Shown here piece by piece: positions 52,801 to 62,919 of a DNA stretch of 64,000 bases. The stretch is from Haliotis rufescens. Taxonomy: Eukaryota. Below the pieces are notes generated by a model, which worked only from the letters and a program-made list of their open reading frames with translations, was not told where the DNA came from and searched no databases. Position 1 is the first letter of the stretch, and each line of letters begins with the position of its first letter. The position numbers were made by a program, and so were the translations under genes. The stretch covers positions 3,410,001 to 3,474,000 of the forward strand of contig NW_025964334.1 of the NCBI RefSeq assembly GCF_023055435.1, given 5' to 3'.

Positions 52801-55800
52801 TCCCTAGCAGTGGTTACCGTATCCGTCATCCGTTCGTACGGGTCCTCACCACGGGTGTTCACTACGGTTGTTCAATATGATTTTTCACAATGGGTCTTCA
52901 CAACGGGTCTTCACCACGGGTGTTCACTACCGCTGTTCACTACGGTTGTTCATGACTGGTCTTCACTACGGTTCTTCACTGCAGCTGTTCACTACGGGTA
53001 TTCACTATGGGTGTTCATTACGGGTCTTTACTATGGGTCTTCACTACGGGTGTTCACAACGGGTATTCGCTACAGCTGTTCACTATGGGTCTTTACAACG
53101 GTTGTTTACTACGGGTGTTCACTATGGCTGTTCACTGCGGGTCTTCACTACGGGTCTTTACTACGGTTGTTCACTACAGGTCTTCACTACGGCTGTTCAC
53201 AACCGGTCTTTACAACGGGTCTTCCCTACAGTTGTTCACTGCGGTTGTTAGCTATGGGTCTTCACTTCGGGTGTTCACTATGGGTCTTCTCTACGACTGT
53301 TCACAACGGGTCTTCACTATGGTTGTTAACTATGGGTGTTCACTACGGATATTCACTACGCTACGGGTCTTCACTACGGGTATTCATTCCGCTACGGGTG
53401 TTCACTACGGGTATTCACTACGCTACGGGTCTTCACTACGGGTTTTCACTATGCTATGGGTGTTCACTGCGGTTGTTAACTACGGTTGTTCACTACGGTT
53501 GTTAACTACGGTTGTTCACTACGGGTCTTCATTACGGGTCTTCACTACGGGTCTTCACTACAGGTGTCCACTATGGTTATTTTCACTATGGGTCTTCACT
53601 ACGGTTGTTCACAATTGGTCTTCACTACGGTTGTTCACTACAGCTTTTCACTACGGGTCTTCACTATGCTACGGGTCTTCACTCCGGGTCTTCACTACGG
53701 GTCTTCACTACGGGTTTTCACTTCGGGTCTTCAATTCGCTACGGGTCTTCACAACGGTTGTTCTGTATGGGACTTCACTACGGTTGTTCACTTTGGTTGT
53801 TCACTACGGGTCTTCACTGCGTTTGTTCACTACGGTTGTTCACTATGGGTCTTCAGTACGGGTGTTCACTACAGGTATTCACTACGCTACGGATGTTCAC
53901 TACGGGTCTTCACTACGCTTCGGGTCTTCATTACGGGTCTTCACTACGGGTCTTCACTGCTCCTGTTGGGGTACAATAGCCCAGTCATCTTAGACAACCC
54001 TATTCGCTCGGTGAAGTTGTATTCTTTCAGTGTGCCAGAAACTGATCGTGGGTTCGAATCCCAGCTTCCCCCGATCATGCTTCTAGGTCTGTCAGCACCA
54101 AACCTGTGCTGTTTGGTTCTCTGAAAGTGGTAAACGTCTTAGACCTGCATCACCTCCCACACCAAGCTGACACCCCGTGATACAACTGGAATACTGTTCA
54201 AAGCGGCATAAAACACAATGCACGCACTCTGAAGTCGAGATATGACGCCTCTTGTCTTCTTACGTGTTTGTTGCGCAATACACCCTTTGTATTCAAAGCA
54301 ACGCTAAACCAAACTCGATCAATCGCTCACTCTATGCTCCTGAAATATTCGGTGCTGATGAAGTCTTTGACCCTACAAATATGGCTTCCTAGTAATAAAA
54401 TTGTTTGTTCTTTAACGCTGCACTCAGCAATATTCCAGCTATATGACGGCGGTCTGTAAATAATTGTGATTTACATCATGAGGATCGATCTACGCAATTG
54501 AGATAGATTATATGCATCAAACACGTCAGCGAGCCTGACCACCCGATCCCGTTAGTTGCCTCTTACGACAAGCATGGGTTGCTGAAGACCTATTCTACCC
54601 CGGATCTTCACGGGCTTTTAGTAGTAAAGATAAGTAGTTGCGTTAGTAGACTATATTGTATAGACTTACAACTGGGGTTCGTATCCCATTTGTGTCCCGA
54701 GTGCCTGTAGTCGCTGAGTGTCATTTCTACATTTTTGCATCTTTTCTTTCATTCAGATAGATGAACGAGCCGTAATTCAAATATGGAAACCGAATCCTAA
54801 GGCCGCCACGACTTTAGCGGTCAGCAGAGGCCATAGGGTCATCTACTCAAGTCCGTGGTGTCTGAACTACGTCACATCCGGTATGGACTGGGCGATGCTC
54901 TACTTAGCCGATCCCCTGGAACACACAGGTCAGTAGGTGCATATTTTACATCCCTAGAACACACAGGTCAGTAGGTGCATATTTTACATCCCGAGAACAC
55001 ACAGGTCAGTAGGTGCATATTTTACATCCCGAGAACACACAGGTCAGTAGGTGCATATTTTACATCCCTAGAACACACAGGTCAGTAGGTGCATATTTTA
55101 CATCCCGAGAACACATAGGTCAGTAGGTGCATATTTTACATCCCGAGAACACACAGGTCAGTAGGTGCATATTTTACATCCCCTGAACGCACAGGTCAGT
55201 GGGTGCGTATTGTACATCCCCGTAACGCACAGTGGGTTGATAGATGTAGGAGGGCGCGGAGTCATCCCACAGATGACATCCTTACCTTGTCAGCTTGCTG
55301 TCGGGGTTAACCTCTTTGGTCATGTGGACAAGGCGTCCGACCTGTGATCAGAAGGTCCGTGGTTCGAATCCAATCACGGGACTCTGAAATTCTATGGCCG
55401 CAACATTGGCGCCCAAAGTGGGGCTGAGCATGTTCATATTAAATTTGTACAAAATAAGCCTCAGTACCCTACTATGCGGCCCGGGACGTGCCTTCTGTTG
55501 ACAGGGGAGTATGTAGCAGGGCATGGAGTCATCCCACAAATGACCTCCTAACATTGTCAGCTTGCTGACGGGGTTAACCTCTTTGGCCATGTGGACAAGG
55601 CGTCCGACCTCGGATCAGAAGGTCCGTGGTTCGAATCCCAACAGGGGACTCGGAAATGTTATGGCCGCTACAAAGATATGCGCACAGACTTACAGGACAA
55701 TTTGAGAGGAGGTGATTTGAAATGGTGTGCATGCACGTGCAGGTGTGCTTGCAGATGCTTGCACTAAACCGGACTTCAGTGCGTGAGTGCGTGCGCACGT

Positions 55801-58800
55801 ACCAGTCCTGACAAATGCCGGGTTTAAAGTGCGAAGCCCACGGAGACACCATGCAGCATTTTACATTGGATACCCCACTCGGTATACTGAGTACCAGTCC
55901 TTGTTTTCTCACCAGTGCCAGATAGGTAACAAGCACTATCGTTTCAGGTATTTTAGTATGACCCGACCAGGGCATCGAGCCACCAACCTCCCGCTCCCCG
56001 GGCAAACGTTCAATCCACTAGACCACGGAGCCGGCCACATTGTTTTTGTTTTTTGTTTTGATTGATTGTTGTTTAACGCCCCACTCAGCAATAGTCCAGT
56101 CATATGACGGCGGTCTGTAAATAATCGAGTCTGGACCAGACAGTTCTGTTGTCTCGATCCATGCAATTGGGATACAATCACATGCATTAACCAAGTCATC
56201 GCCTGGCCACCCGATCCCTCTGTCGCCTCTTTCGCCTCACTGGATTGTCTGGTCCAGACTCGATTATTTACAGACCGCCGTCATATAGCTGGAATATTGC
56301 TGAGTGCGACGTAAACAACAACAAACAAACAAACAAACACACACACCACCGTATTGTTACAGAATCCCTCATCTTCCTTTGTTTCACTGGTTGTTGTTGT
56401 TTTTGTTGTTTTTGTAGTTGACATCAGCTACACAACACACTGAAATAGTCCTTAACAGACCGTTTCCTGCCGGTTGTTATCACGTGCGTGACAGAGGCAC
56501 TATTGTCTGTACTGGAACGTCGCAGGCAAACAATGGTGTCTGACAATGTCGAAGTTGTAATCCATAAGCTCACGCTGTCTTCAGTCCCAATAACGGTGTA
56601 TTGCGCAGTACACAGGTCAGAGGACAACACAGCCCATATCCTCGCTTCAGAGTGAGTTGGTTTAACACCACTTTAATGTCATGACTGTCACATTGATGTG
56701 AGCGGAAAGCCCGTTTACAACTGACGTGAAACACGGGTATGGTGCTGACAAACCAAGAAACATAATGAGATTCGAACTATGGCCAAGGGTTTTAGTATCC
56801 AAGGGACGAAACTCTACCTTTTATGTGTGTTTGTTGTTTAACGCCGCACTCTAACTTTATGACTTGACCTTAGTCTCTTCATATAAAAACGAGGCATGGT
56901 GGAGTACTGTCATAAATGTGATTGTTCGGGGTCGCAATCTGCGAAATCACAACGCACTTCACATCAATGCCAAACATCGGAAGTGTATGAAGAAAACATA
57001 GTCCCTCTGGAATATTCCCCGATAGAAACCTATTTCCGGATACGTACTGCCCCAACAAAAGCAATAACCGTGGATAATGTTGAATGTGAAACACTGACGA
57101 GAGACAAGCCGTATTGTTTATATAAAGAAAACAAGTCAGTGTATCACCAAGTCCGGGAGATCCGGGAACGGGGCCTCTACTGTCTGCACTTCCTGAACTC
57201 CGCGCATCATGTGTGCTGCGTGACCCATTGCATGCCGGGTCAATAAGACTTACCACTGCGCATTGATACATTCAGCAGCCATCACGGCTCGGATAAAAAA
57301 AAGATATTTTGGTAACATTTCATGCTTATTTATTTCTTTAGCAGATGTTGTCGACATATCGGAGTTAATCATACCCGCTGAACTCCCTTGGCGGTCTTCT
57401 GTGGCCGGATGTTGCTATCTCCAACAGGAATTCAGTTATTCCGAACAACGGGTCTTTATCTGAAGGGGGCGTTGTTCTTGCAGGAGAGGTGCACGGGCAG
57501 GAGTAGAAACTGACATCCACATTCTTTCCATTGTGTGCAACATGTGTGCTGTATGTTTGTTGTATGAAGACGTGGGCGTTTGGCGCCCAAACCTGCCGAA
57601 AAGTTGGTATTATTACGTGACGATATGTTTGAGAAAAGAAAAGGCCAAAAGAAGAACGAAAAAAGTATTTTTTTCACAATTGTTTCTTAAAAACACAGTA
57701 CCTACTTCGCGAAAGAATTTCTTCCAATGTCTGACAGTGCCTTGTAGAGCGAATGGGTTTCAGCTCCCCTCATTGATTTCAATACAGATTCCGGATTTCA
57801 GTGTAGCGTTTGAAAGTACCAACATACAGTGTTGGTACAAGAACACTGTATATCATTACCGGGTGCCCTACATGTTACATATCACAATGTATATTACCGG
57901 GTGCCCTACATGTTACATATCACAATGTATATTACCGGGTGCCCTACACGTTATATATCGCAATGTATATTTCCGGGTGCCCTACATGTTACACATCTCC
58001 GTGTATATTTCCGGGTGCCCTACATGTTACACATCTCCGTGTATATTATCGGGTGCCCTACATGTTACACATCTCCGTGTATATTACCCGGTGCCCTACA
58101 TGTTACACATCTCCGTGTATATTATCGGGTGCCCTACATGTTACACATCTACGTGTATATTATCGGGTGCCCTACATGTTACACATCTACGTGTATATTA
58201 TCGGGTGCCCTACATGTTACACATCTCCGTGTATATTATCGGGTGCCCTACATGTTACACATCTACGTGTATATTATCTGGTGCCCTACATGTTACACAT
58301 CTCCGTGTATATTATCTGGTGCCCTACATGTTACACATCTCCGTGTATATTATCGGGTGCCCCACATGTTACACATCTCCGTGTATATTATCTGGTGCCC
58401 CACATGTTACACATCTCCGTGTATATTATCGGGTGCCCCACATGTTACACATCTCCGTGTATATTATCTGGTGCCCCACATGTTACACATCTCCGTGTAT
58501 ATTATCGGGTGCCCTACATGTAACACATCTCCGTGTATATTATCGGGTGCCCTACATGTTACACATCTCCGTGTATATTATCGGGTGCCCTACATGTTAC
58601 ACATCTACGTGTATATTATCGGGTGCCGCAGGTTACTAATGTATAACGTTCTGCCTCGAGGTACTCACATGTTCTGACTTTGGTTGTAGTTGGTGCCACT
58701 GAAGAGGAGGTGGTGATGGGTGGGGAGGCCTGCGTCTCGGGGGAACACGCGGTGGACTCCAGCCTTCTACAGACGGTGTGGTGAGTGACGGCAGGTGGTA

Positions 58801-61800
58801 TAGCCATGACATATCTCCTCACCCGACCTCAAGATAGGATAGGTCCAAATATCCACGTCATATCTCCTCACCCGACCTCAAGATGGGATAGGTCAAAATA
58901 TCTACGTCATCTTCCCTCACCCGACCTCAATATAGGATAGGTCCAAATATCCACGTCATATCTCCTCACCCGACCTCAAGATGGGATAGGTCCAAATATC
59001 CACGTCATATCTCCTCACCCGACCTCAAGATGGGATAGGTCAAAATATCCACGTCATATCTCCTCACCCGACCTTAAGATAGGATAGGTCCCAATACCCA
59101 CGTTATATCTCCTCACCCACCTCAAGTTCGGATAAGTCGAAATATCCACGTCATATCTCCTCACCCGACCGTAAGTTCGGATAAGTCGAAATATCCACGT
59201 CATATCTCCTCACCCGACCTCAAGTTAGGATAAGTCGAAATATCCACATCATATCTCCTCACCCACCTCAAGTTCGGATAAGTCGAAATATCCACGTCAT
59301 ATCTCCTCACCCGACCTCGTTCGGATAAGTCGAAATATCCACGTCATATCTCCTCACCCCACCTCAAGTTCGGATAAGTCGAAATATCCACGTCATATCT
59401 CCTCACCCCACCTCAAGTTCGGATAAGTCGAAATATCCACTGTACATATGGCTAGGCCAGGCTGACCAGTGCTTGGAAGTATAAACAGCGATGGTCACTA
59501 TCGGGACATGATGACGCCAATCTCCCACGTCAAGGAGTCTAACCTTCTCTCGGGTTTTGGTATAAGCATAGGTGTAGGCAAATGAATAAAGTGTTCGCTC
59601 GTCACGCCGGAGACCCGGGTTCGATTCCCAACATGGTTACAATTTTTTAAGCCCATTTTTTGTGTCCCCCGCCGTGACATTGCTGAAATATTGCCAAAAG
59701 CGACGTAAAACCAACTAACCAACCCTCACTCACTCACTCACTCACTCACTCACTCATTCACTTTTAGAACTCCTCTCTGCACAATTGACGTCTCAGTGAC
59801 CCAACAGGCATTTCTTCTTCCAAATGTTTATTCTTTCCATATGTCCCCGGCATGTAGGTCCCGTGCCAGTGCCATGGCGGAGCGGATGTGGAGCGACCGC
59901 AACGTCAGGAATGTACCGGAAGCGCAAGTCCGTCTGGAGGAACAACGGTGTCGCATGATAAGGTCAGCTGTACACGTGACCCACATGAGTGACCAGTCAT
60001 AGGGGTGTTAGTCAGTGTCAACTGACCTGTACTCGACAGTCAATCTGTCCCCGAGCGACAGTCTAACATCCCCACTCTCCACAACGTCTACTACAGAATG
60101 TCAGCTTGTTTCCCACAAGGCTCTAATAACGCAGATCATATGACCGTCTGCAATAAAGTCAGCAATAAAAATGTTTAAAATCCTTATACAACAACAAAAA
60201 ATGATATGGGTGCAGATTTTGCAATATTAAAACAAGTATTGATACACTTATTCCAGAACAAAATACAAGTTCTGTTTTGTAAATCAATACTAGGAGTAGG
60301 CAGGGAAACACATAACTGGGCCTGTCATGCAGAACTTGGAGTATACCAACTGCTAGTACCAATAATAAAGAAATGAGTCCTATTTAGATAACTCAACAAA
60401 TGTCATTCTTAAACATGCTTTGGAAGCAAATATCAACCTTTCTTGTCAAAACGTTGGCTGGGTTCATAAATTCAATAAAATACAACAAACGTTTGAAGTA
60501 GTGAACACATAAAATAGTAATAAATCCACTGTAAATAAACTCCAAATGTCAAGACAAAGTCAAGGATTCATTAAGAGAAAACAACCCCGCTTGAACGACG
60601 TCGCTGTGAAACGTAATGTCGTAGAAGATGAGCAACACTATGCAATATCCTGTATAAAATATAATCAAGAAAGAGAATCGCTTCTACAAATAATGCTCAA
60701 TCATAATACAGAATTTGGTACGCTCAACTTGGTGCCAACAGTCATCATCTTGACGTCGATACAAGTATATAGGTATTTAGTAGCAGAGCTACCGTGAAGA
60801 CCCGGGATAGAATAGGTCTTCAGCAACCCATGCTTGCCGTAAAAGGCGACTATACTTGTCGTAAGAGGTGACTAACGGGATCGGGTGACTTGGTTTTATT
60901 GTGCATTGGTCGTATTTAGCCTGTATAAAACAACATGGCGGGTCCATAAGCTGAATACTGAAATTTTCTTATTTCTAACAAATTGGCGGAGTGCATGAAA
61001 TTGACAAACTGGTTGTAACTTAACTTCATTGTGCATATTACCGCATCTTTCATTGACAAAAAAATGTATTCGTAAGACGCAACTAACAGTATCGGGTGGT
61101 CAGGCTCGCTGACTTGGTTGATGAATGTCATCGTATCCCAATAGCGTGGATCGATGCTCATGATGTAAAAAACTGGATTCTCTGGTCCAGATTCGATTAT
61201 TTACAGACCGCCGTCATATAGCTGGAATACTGCTGAGTGCGGCGCTTAACAACAAATAAACAAGGCAGCAGAATCAAAGACATAGATTCCAGACTGGTCT
61301 GCAATGTTTCCGTGGAAACCGGAGTCATCCCCTTCCGACTGTGTATTCCGCAATATGTGACACAAGGCTTCCCGGTGATATATCCAAATAACCCCATCCT
61401 CGATTATCCAGTGTAATATACCCCTGTCATCGGGTGCATCGCTAGATGCCGTGAACCCAACCGCTATGAAAGGTACGCCTGGAGCCCGATTCGAATGGTA
61501 TGATGCTGAAACAACCGTCCAATCTAAGAACATTCATGAGCGAGATACAATCTGTAAAAAGTTAGAGTAGATAAGACATGAGTCCAGGGTATTTATCCAA
61601 CTTGAATAATACACTGGAGAATCGCGGATGAAGGATTTCCGACATAGGGTTCTTGTAAATTCCACAGGTATATTTCATGTCCAATTCAAATGTCTTGAAA
61701 ACTATGAATACACAATGCCATTTAGAAAGTGGTCAAATGTAACAAATGTTATATTTGAGATAACACTTTCTTAGTAAAGTACAGATTCTAGTACTTTTTT

Positions 61801-62160
61801 GGGTTGAGTCCCGTCCGGTATTTGAACCCTCACCTGACAGGGTGCACCTAATCGCCAGCACACAAAGTCAGCGATCTAAGTGTGCTGGCGATTAGGTGCC
61901 TCACCCTGGCAGGTGTGGGTTCGAATCCCGGACGGGGCTCAACCCAAAAAAGTACTAGAATACTTTACTAAGAAAGTGTTATCCCAAATATAACATTTGT
62001 TAGTCTTGAAAATTAGCCGACAAGATGGGATATTTTACTGGCGCTTCGGGTTTACCTGGAAACATAATAGATAACATTGACTGCTGTACTCTGTTTCAGG
62101 AGACGCATCCCCATCAGTCCTCTGAACGAACCCAGCTCGTGCAATCTGCACGTGCCATGA
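34541..62160 (+). CDS. HEXA/HEXB-like: Beta-N-acetylhexosaminidase (GH20, HEXA/HEXB-like), divergent paralog; join(34541..34819,35734..36096,36798..36910,40591..40701,40942..41043,42175..42274,43141..43333,44088..44171,47098..47176,54757..54928,58690..58780,59858..59962,62100..62160); 5' end unresolved
   Basis: Manual splicing gives 1853 nt with consistent phases and GT-AG introns. Motifs in order: [111 protein letters not shown]. Exon sizes 113, 111, 102, 91 and 105 match my recollection of human HEXA exons 3+4, 5, 6, 12 and 13. Confidence 0.93.
35734..36096 (+). CDS. Hex-like exon: GH20 N-terminal domain (PWPLP...RALRRY...ANET)
   Basis: ttttaacag acceptor, gtacgt donor, WPLP motif. Confidence 0.9.
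36147..36397 (+). mobile_element. Headless SINE-like retroposon (family C), full length
   Basis: 16-bp TSD CAAACGACTTAATGGG and (AAAC)n tail. Other copies at about 16116-16325, 16650-16845, 19630-20043(-), 22475-22672, 32129-32178, 33922-34150, 38563-38806, 54400-54615(-), 56060-56335, 60791-61262 and 62705-62905(-). Confidence 0.88.
36798..36910 (+). CDS. Hex-like exon (YALQI...[16 protein letters not shown])
   Basis: atttcag acceptor, CAG|gtacat donor, canonical GH20 motif. Confidence 0.95.
36911..37625 (+). repeat. 27-bp donor-site minisatellite
   Basis: GTACA(T/C)ACAACAGCTCATAGTGAGCAG. Confidence 0.97.
37650..38497 (+). mobile_element. Highly decayed Tc1 with poly-G and SINE insertions
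   Basis: [30 protein letters not shown] and a PSRSP remnant; ends CAGTA. Confidence 0.7.
38808..40572. repeat. 14-bp minisatellite
   Basis: CCGTACACTCAT(A/T)G; ends about 18 bp before the acceptor at 40591. Confidence 0.97.
40591..40701 (+). CDS. Hex-like exon ([19 protein letters not shown])
   Basis: gttccag acceptor, gtgaga donor, 111 nt. Confidence 0.95.
40942..41043 (+). CDS. Hex-like exon ([22 protein letters not shown])
   Basis: ttctccag acceptor, gtgagt donor, 102 nt. Confidence 0.95.
41028..41400 (+). repeat. 31-bp exon/donor-derived minisatellite
   Basis: TGACCTCAGCAACAGG|GTGAGTATCTCCATG. Confidence 0.95.
42175..42274 (+). CDS. Hex-like exon ([29 protein letters not shown])
   Basis: ttccccag acceptor, G|gtaggg donor. 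Confidence 0.92.
42724..42880 (+). mobile_element. SINE family A
   Basis: TSD TCCTTCAGACATTC. Further diverged copies at about 37907-38035, 45565-45722(-), 46470-46948 (split) and 59570-59760. Confidence 0.92.
43141..43333 (+). CDS. Hex-like catalytic exon (GHTASW...[14 protein letters not shown])
   Basis: Catalytic Asp-Glu pair in HLGGDE; tcaag acceptor, gtgagt donor. Confidence 0.95.
43295..43880 (+). repeat. 78/60-bp catalytic-exon-derived minisatellite
   Basis: TGTACATCTGGGAGGGGACG(...)GAGTGTTGTTACCCACGTGTCTGTTACATGGACGCTG. Confidence 0.95.
44088..44171 (+). CDS. Hex-like exon ([12 protein letters not shown]...LQNYF)
   Basis: ttcacag acceptor, gtaggt donor, phase 2-2. Confidence 0.9.
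46499..46848 (+). mobile_element. tRNA-headed SINE with Meta/MESC-like central domain (family B), nested in a family A SINE
   Basis: GTCATACCAAA...CATTAAGG...AAGGACTGGTCGGCTCGG...GCTAGCACTATAAA. Related copies at about 20860-21015(-), 25030-25200 and 55780-56035(-). Confidence 0.75.
47098..47176 (+). CDS. Hex-like exon ([14 protein letters not shown])
   Basis: gttccag acceptor, gtacgt donor, WQ[ED]V motif. Confidence 0.9.
47225..52495 (+). repeat. 51-bp exon/donor-derived minisatellite, about 100 copies, two subtypes
   Basis: CATGTACTAGACAGTCGACCCAAGTGTACGTA(C/T)GTGACGTATGGATGTCAG. Confidence 0.98.
52835..53960. repeat. Degenerate 13-14-bp minisatellite
   Basis: TTCACTACGGGTC / TTCACTACGGTTG. 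Confidence 0.9.
54757..54928 (+). CDS. Hex-like exon (AVIQIWK...[10 protein letters not shown]...DW..LY..DP)
   Basis: Pyrimidine tract plus cag acceptor, gtcagt donor. Confidence 0.93.
54911..55235 (+). repeat. 37-38-bp exon/donor-derived minisatellite
   Basis: ATCCC..GAACACACAG|GTCAGTAGGTGCATATTTTAC. Confidence 0.95.
55255..55670 (+). pseudogene. Two tandem tRNA-Arg(TCG)-like pseudogene units, period about 267 bp
   Basis: TGGCCATGTGGACAAGGCGTCCGACCTCGGATCAGAAGGTCCGTGGTTCGAATCCC at about 55577-55650 and a diverged copy at about 55310-55382; acceptor stems poor. Confidence 0.6.
57848..58627. repeat. 38-bp minisatellite
   Basis: CGGGTGCCCTACATGTTACACATCTCCGTGTATATTAT. Confidence 0.95.
58690..58780 (+). 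CDS. Hex-like exon ([12 protein letters not shown]...W)
   Basis: ttgtag acceptor, gtgagt donor, 91 nt. Confidence 0.93.
58808..59440. repeat. 49-bp minisatellite
   Basis: CATATCTCCTCACCCGACCTCAAGATAGGATAGGTCCAAATATCCACGT. Confidence 0.95.
59858..59962 (+). CDS. Hex-like exon ([12 protein letters not shown]...RCRMIR)
   Basis: tgtag acceptor, gtcagc donor, 105 nt. Confidence 0.93.
60160..60750 (+). mobile_element. Decayed LINE ORF2 C-terminal remnant
   Basis: [18 protein letters not shown] and VEDEQHY..SC.KY..ER motifs, typical of non-LTR ORF2 3' ends. Confidence 0.6.
61742..62000. mobile_element. About 260-bp palindromic element with tRNA-like arms, TA-flanked
   Basis: Inverted arms of about 120 bp, each with a B-box-like motif. 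Confidence 0.75.
62100..62160 (+). CDS. Hex-like last coding exon ([19 protein letters not shown])
   Basis: ctgtttcag acceptor; resembles the HEX C-terminus RRG..A.PL..G.C; TGA at 62158-62160. Confidence 0.85.
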
Positions 62161-62919
62161 CGACTAGTGACGTCATGACTGGAAACTCTCTGTGACAGTG
62201 CAATGGTAAATGGATGTGATGCCCAAGTCGACCGACTGCCAGGCACCGTGCTTCACACATCGACAAAAAACATTACCCCTACATATTAACGGAACTATAT
62301 TGTGTATGCTTGAACCATGAGAAACCTTTGTCTTGCGATAACCGTGGCAAGCTGCACGCTTCAGTGTCAGCAAATTGCCTTATCACTCCTATTGTATCAA
62401 TACGCCACTGGAAACTATAAGGCCCCTAAGCCCACTAGACCGTCATAATTGAAGTCTGAACGCTCGATGTATCGTGTAGCTTATATTGAATATGTGGCTG
62501 TGGAATGAGTTTATTGCCAACTCCAGGCCATTCTGTTCTGGACAGACTCCGGCCAGAGGCTGTGAGATGATGAGTTACATGTGGTGGTACTGAGCTGAAA
62601 CCATCGCAAGGCCGTCGCGACCTGACTGCGTTCTCAACACACAGCTTTCTATACATTGTCTTTCATGATTCGAATTACCTATAATCATACTTAACAGTTT
62701 TGTTGTTTTTTTGTTGAACGCCGCACTCAGCACTAGTCCAGCTATATGACGGCGGTCTGTAAACAATCGAATCTGAACCAGACAATCCAGTGATTGTCAT
62801 TATGAGCATCGATCCACGCAATTGGGATACGATGACATGCATCAACCAAGTAAGAGAGCCTGACCACCCAATCCCGTTAGTTGCCTCTTACGACAAGCAT
62901 GGGTTTCTTATTGTATAGA

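Noticed and set aside
54350-54395. Hammerhead ribozyme at CTGATGA motifs (also about 46994 and 30408)
   Set aside because: No properly placed stem II and GAAA core.
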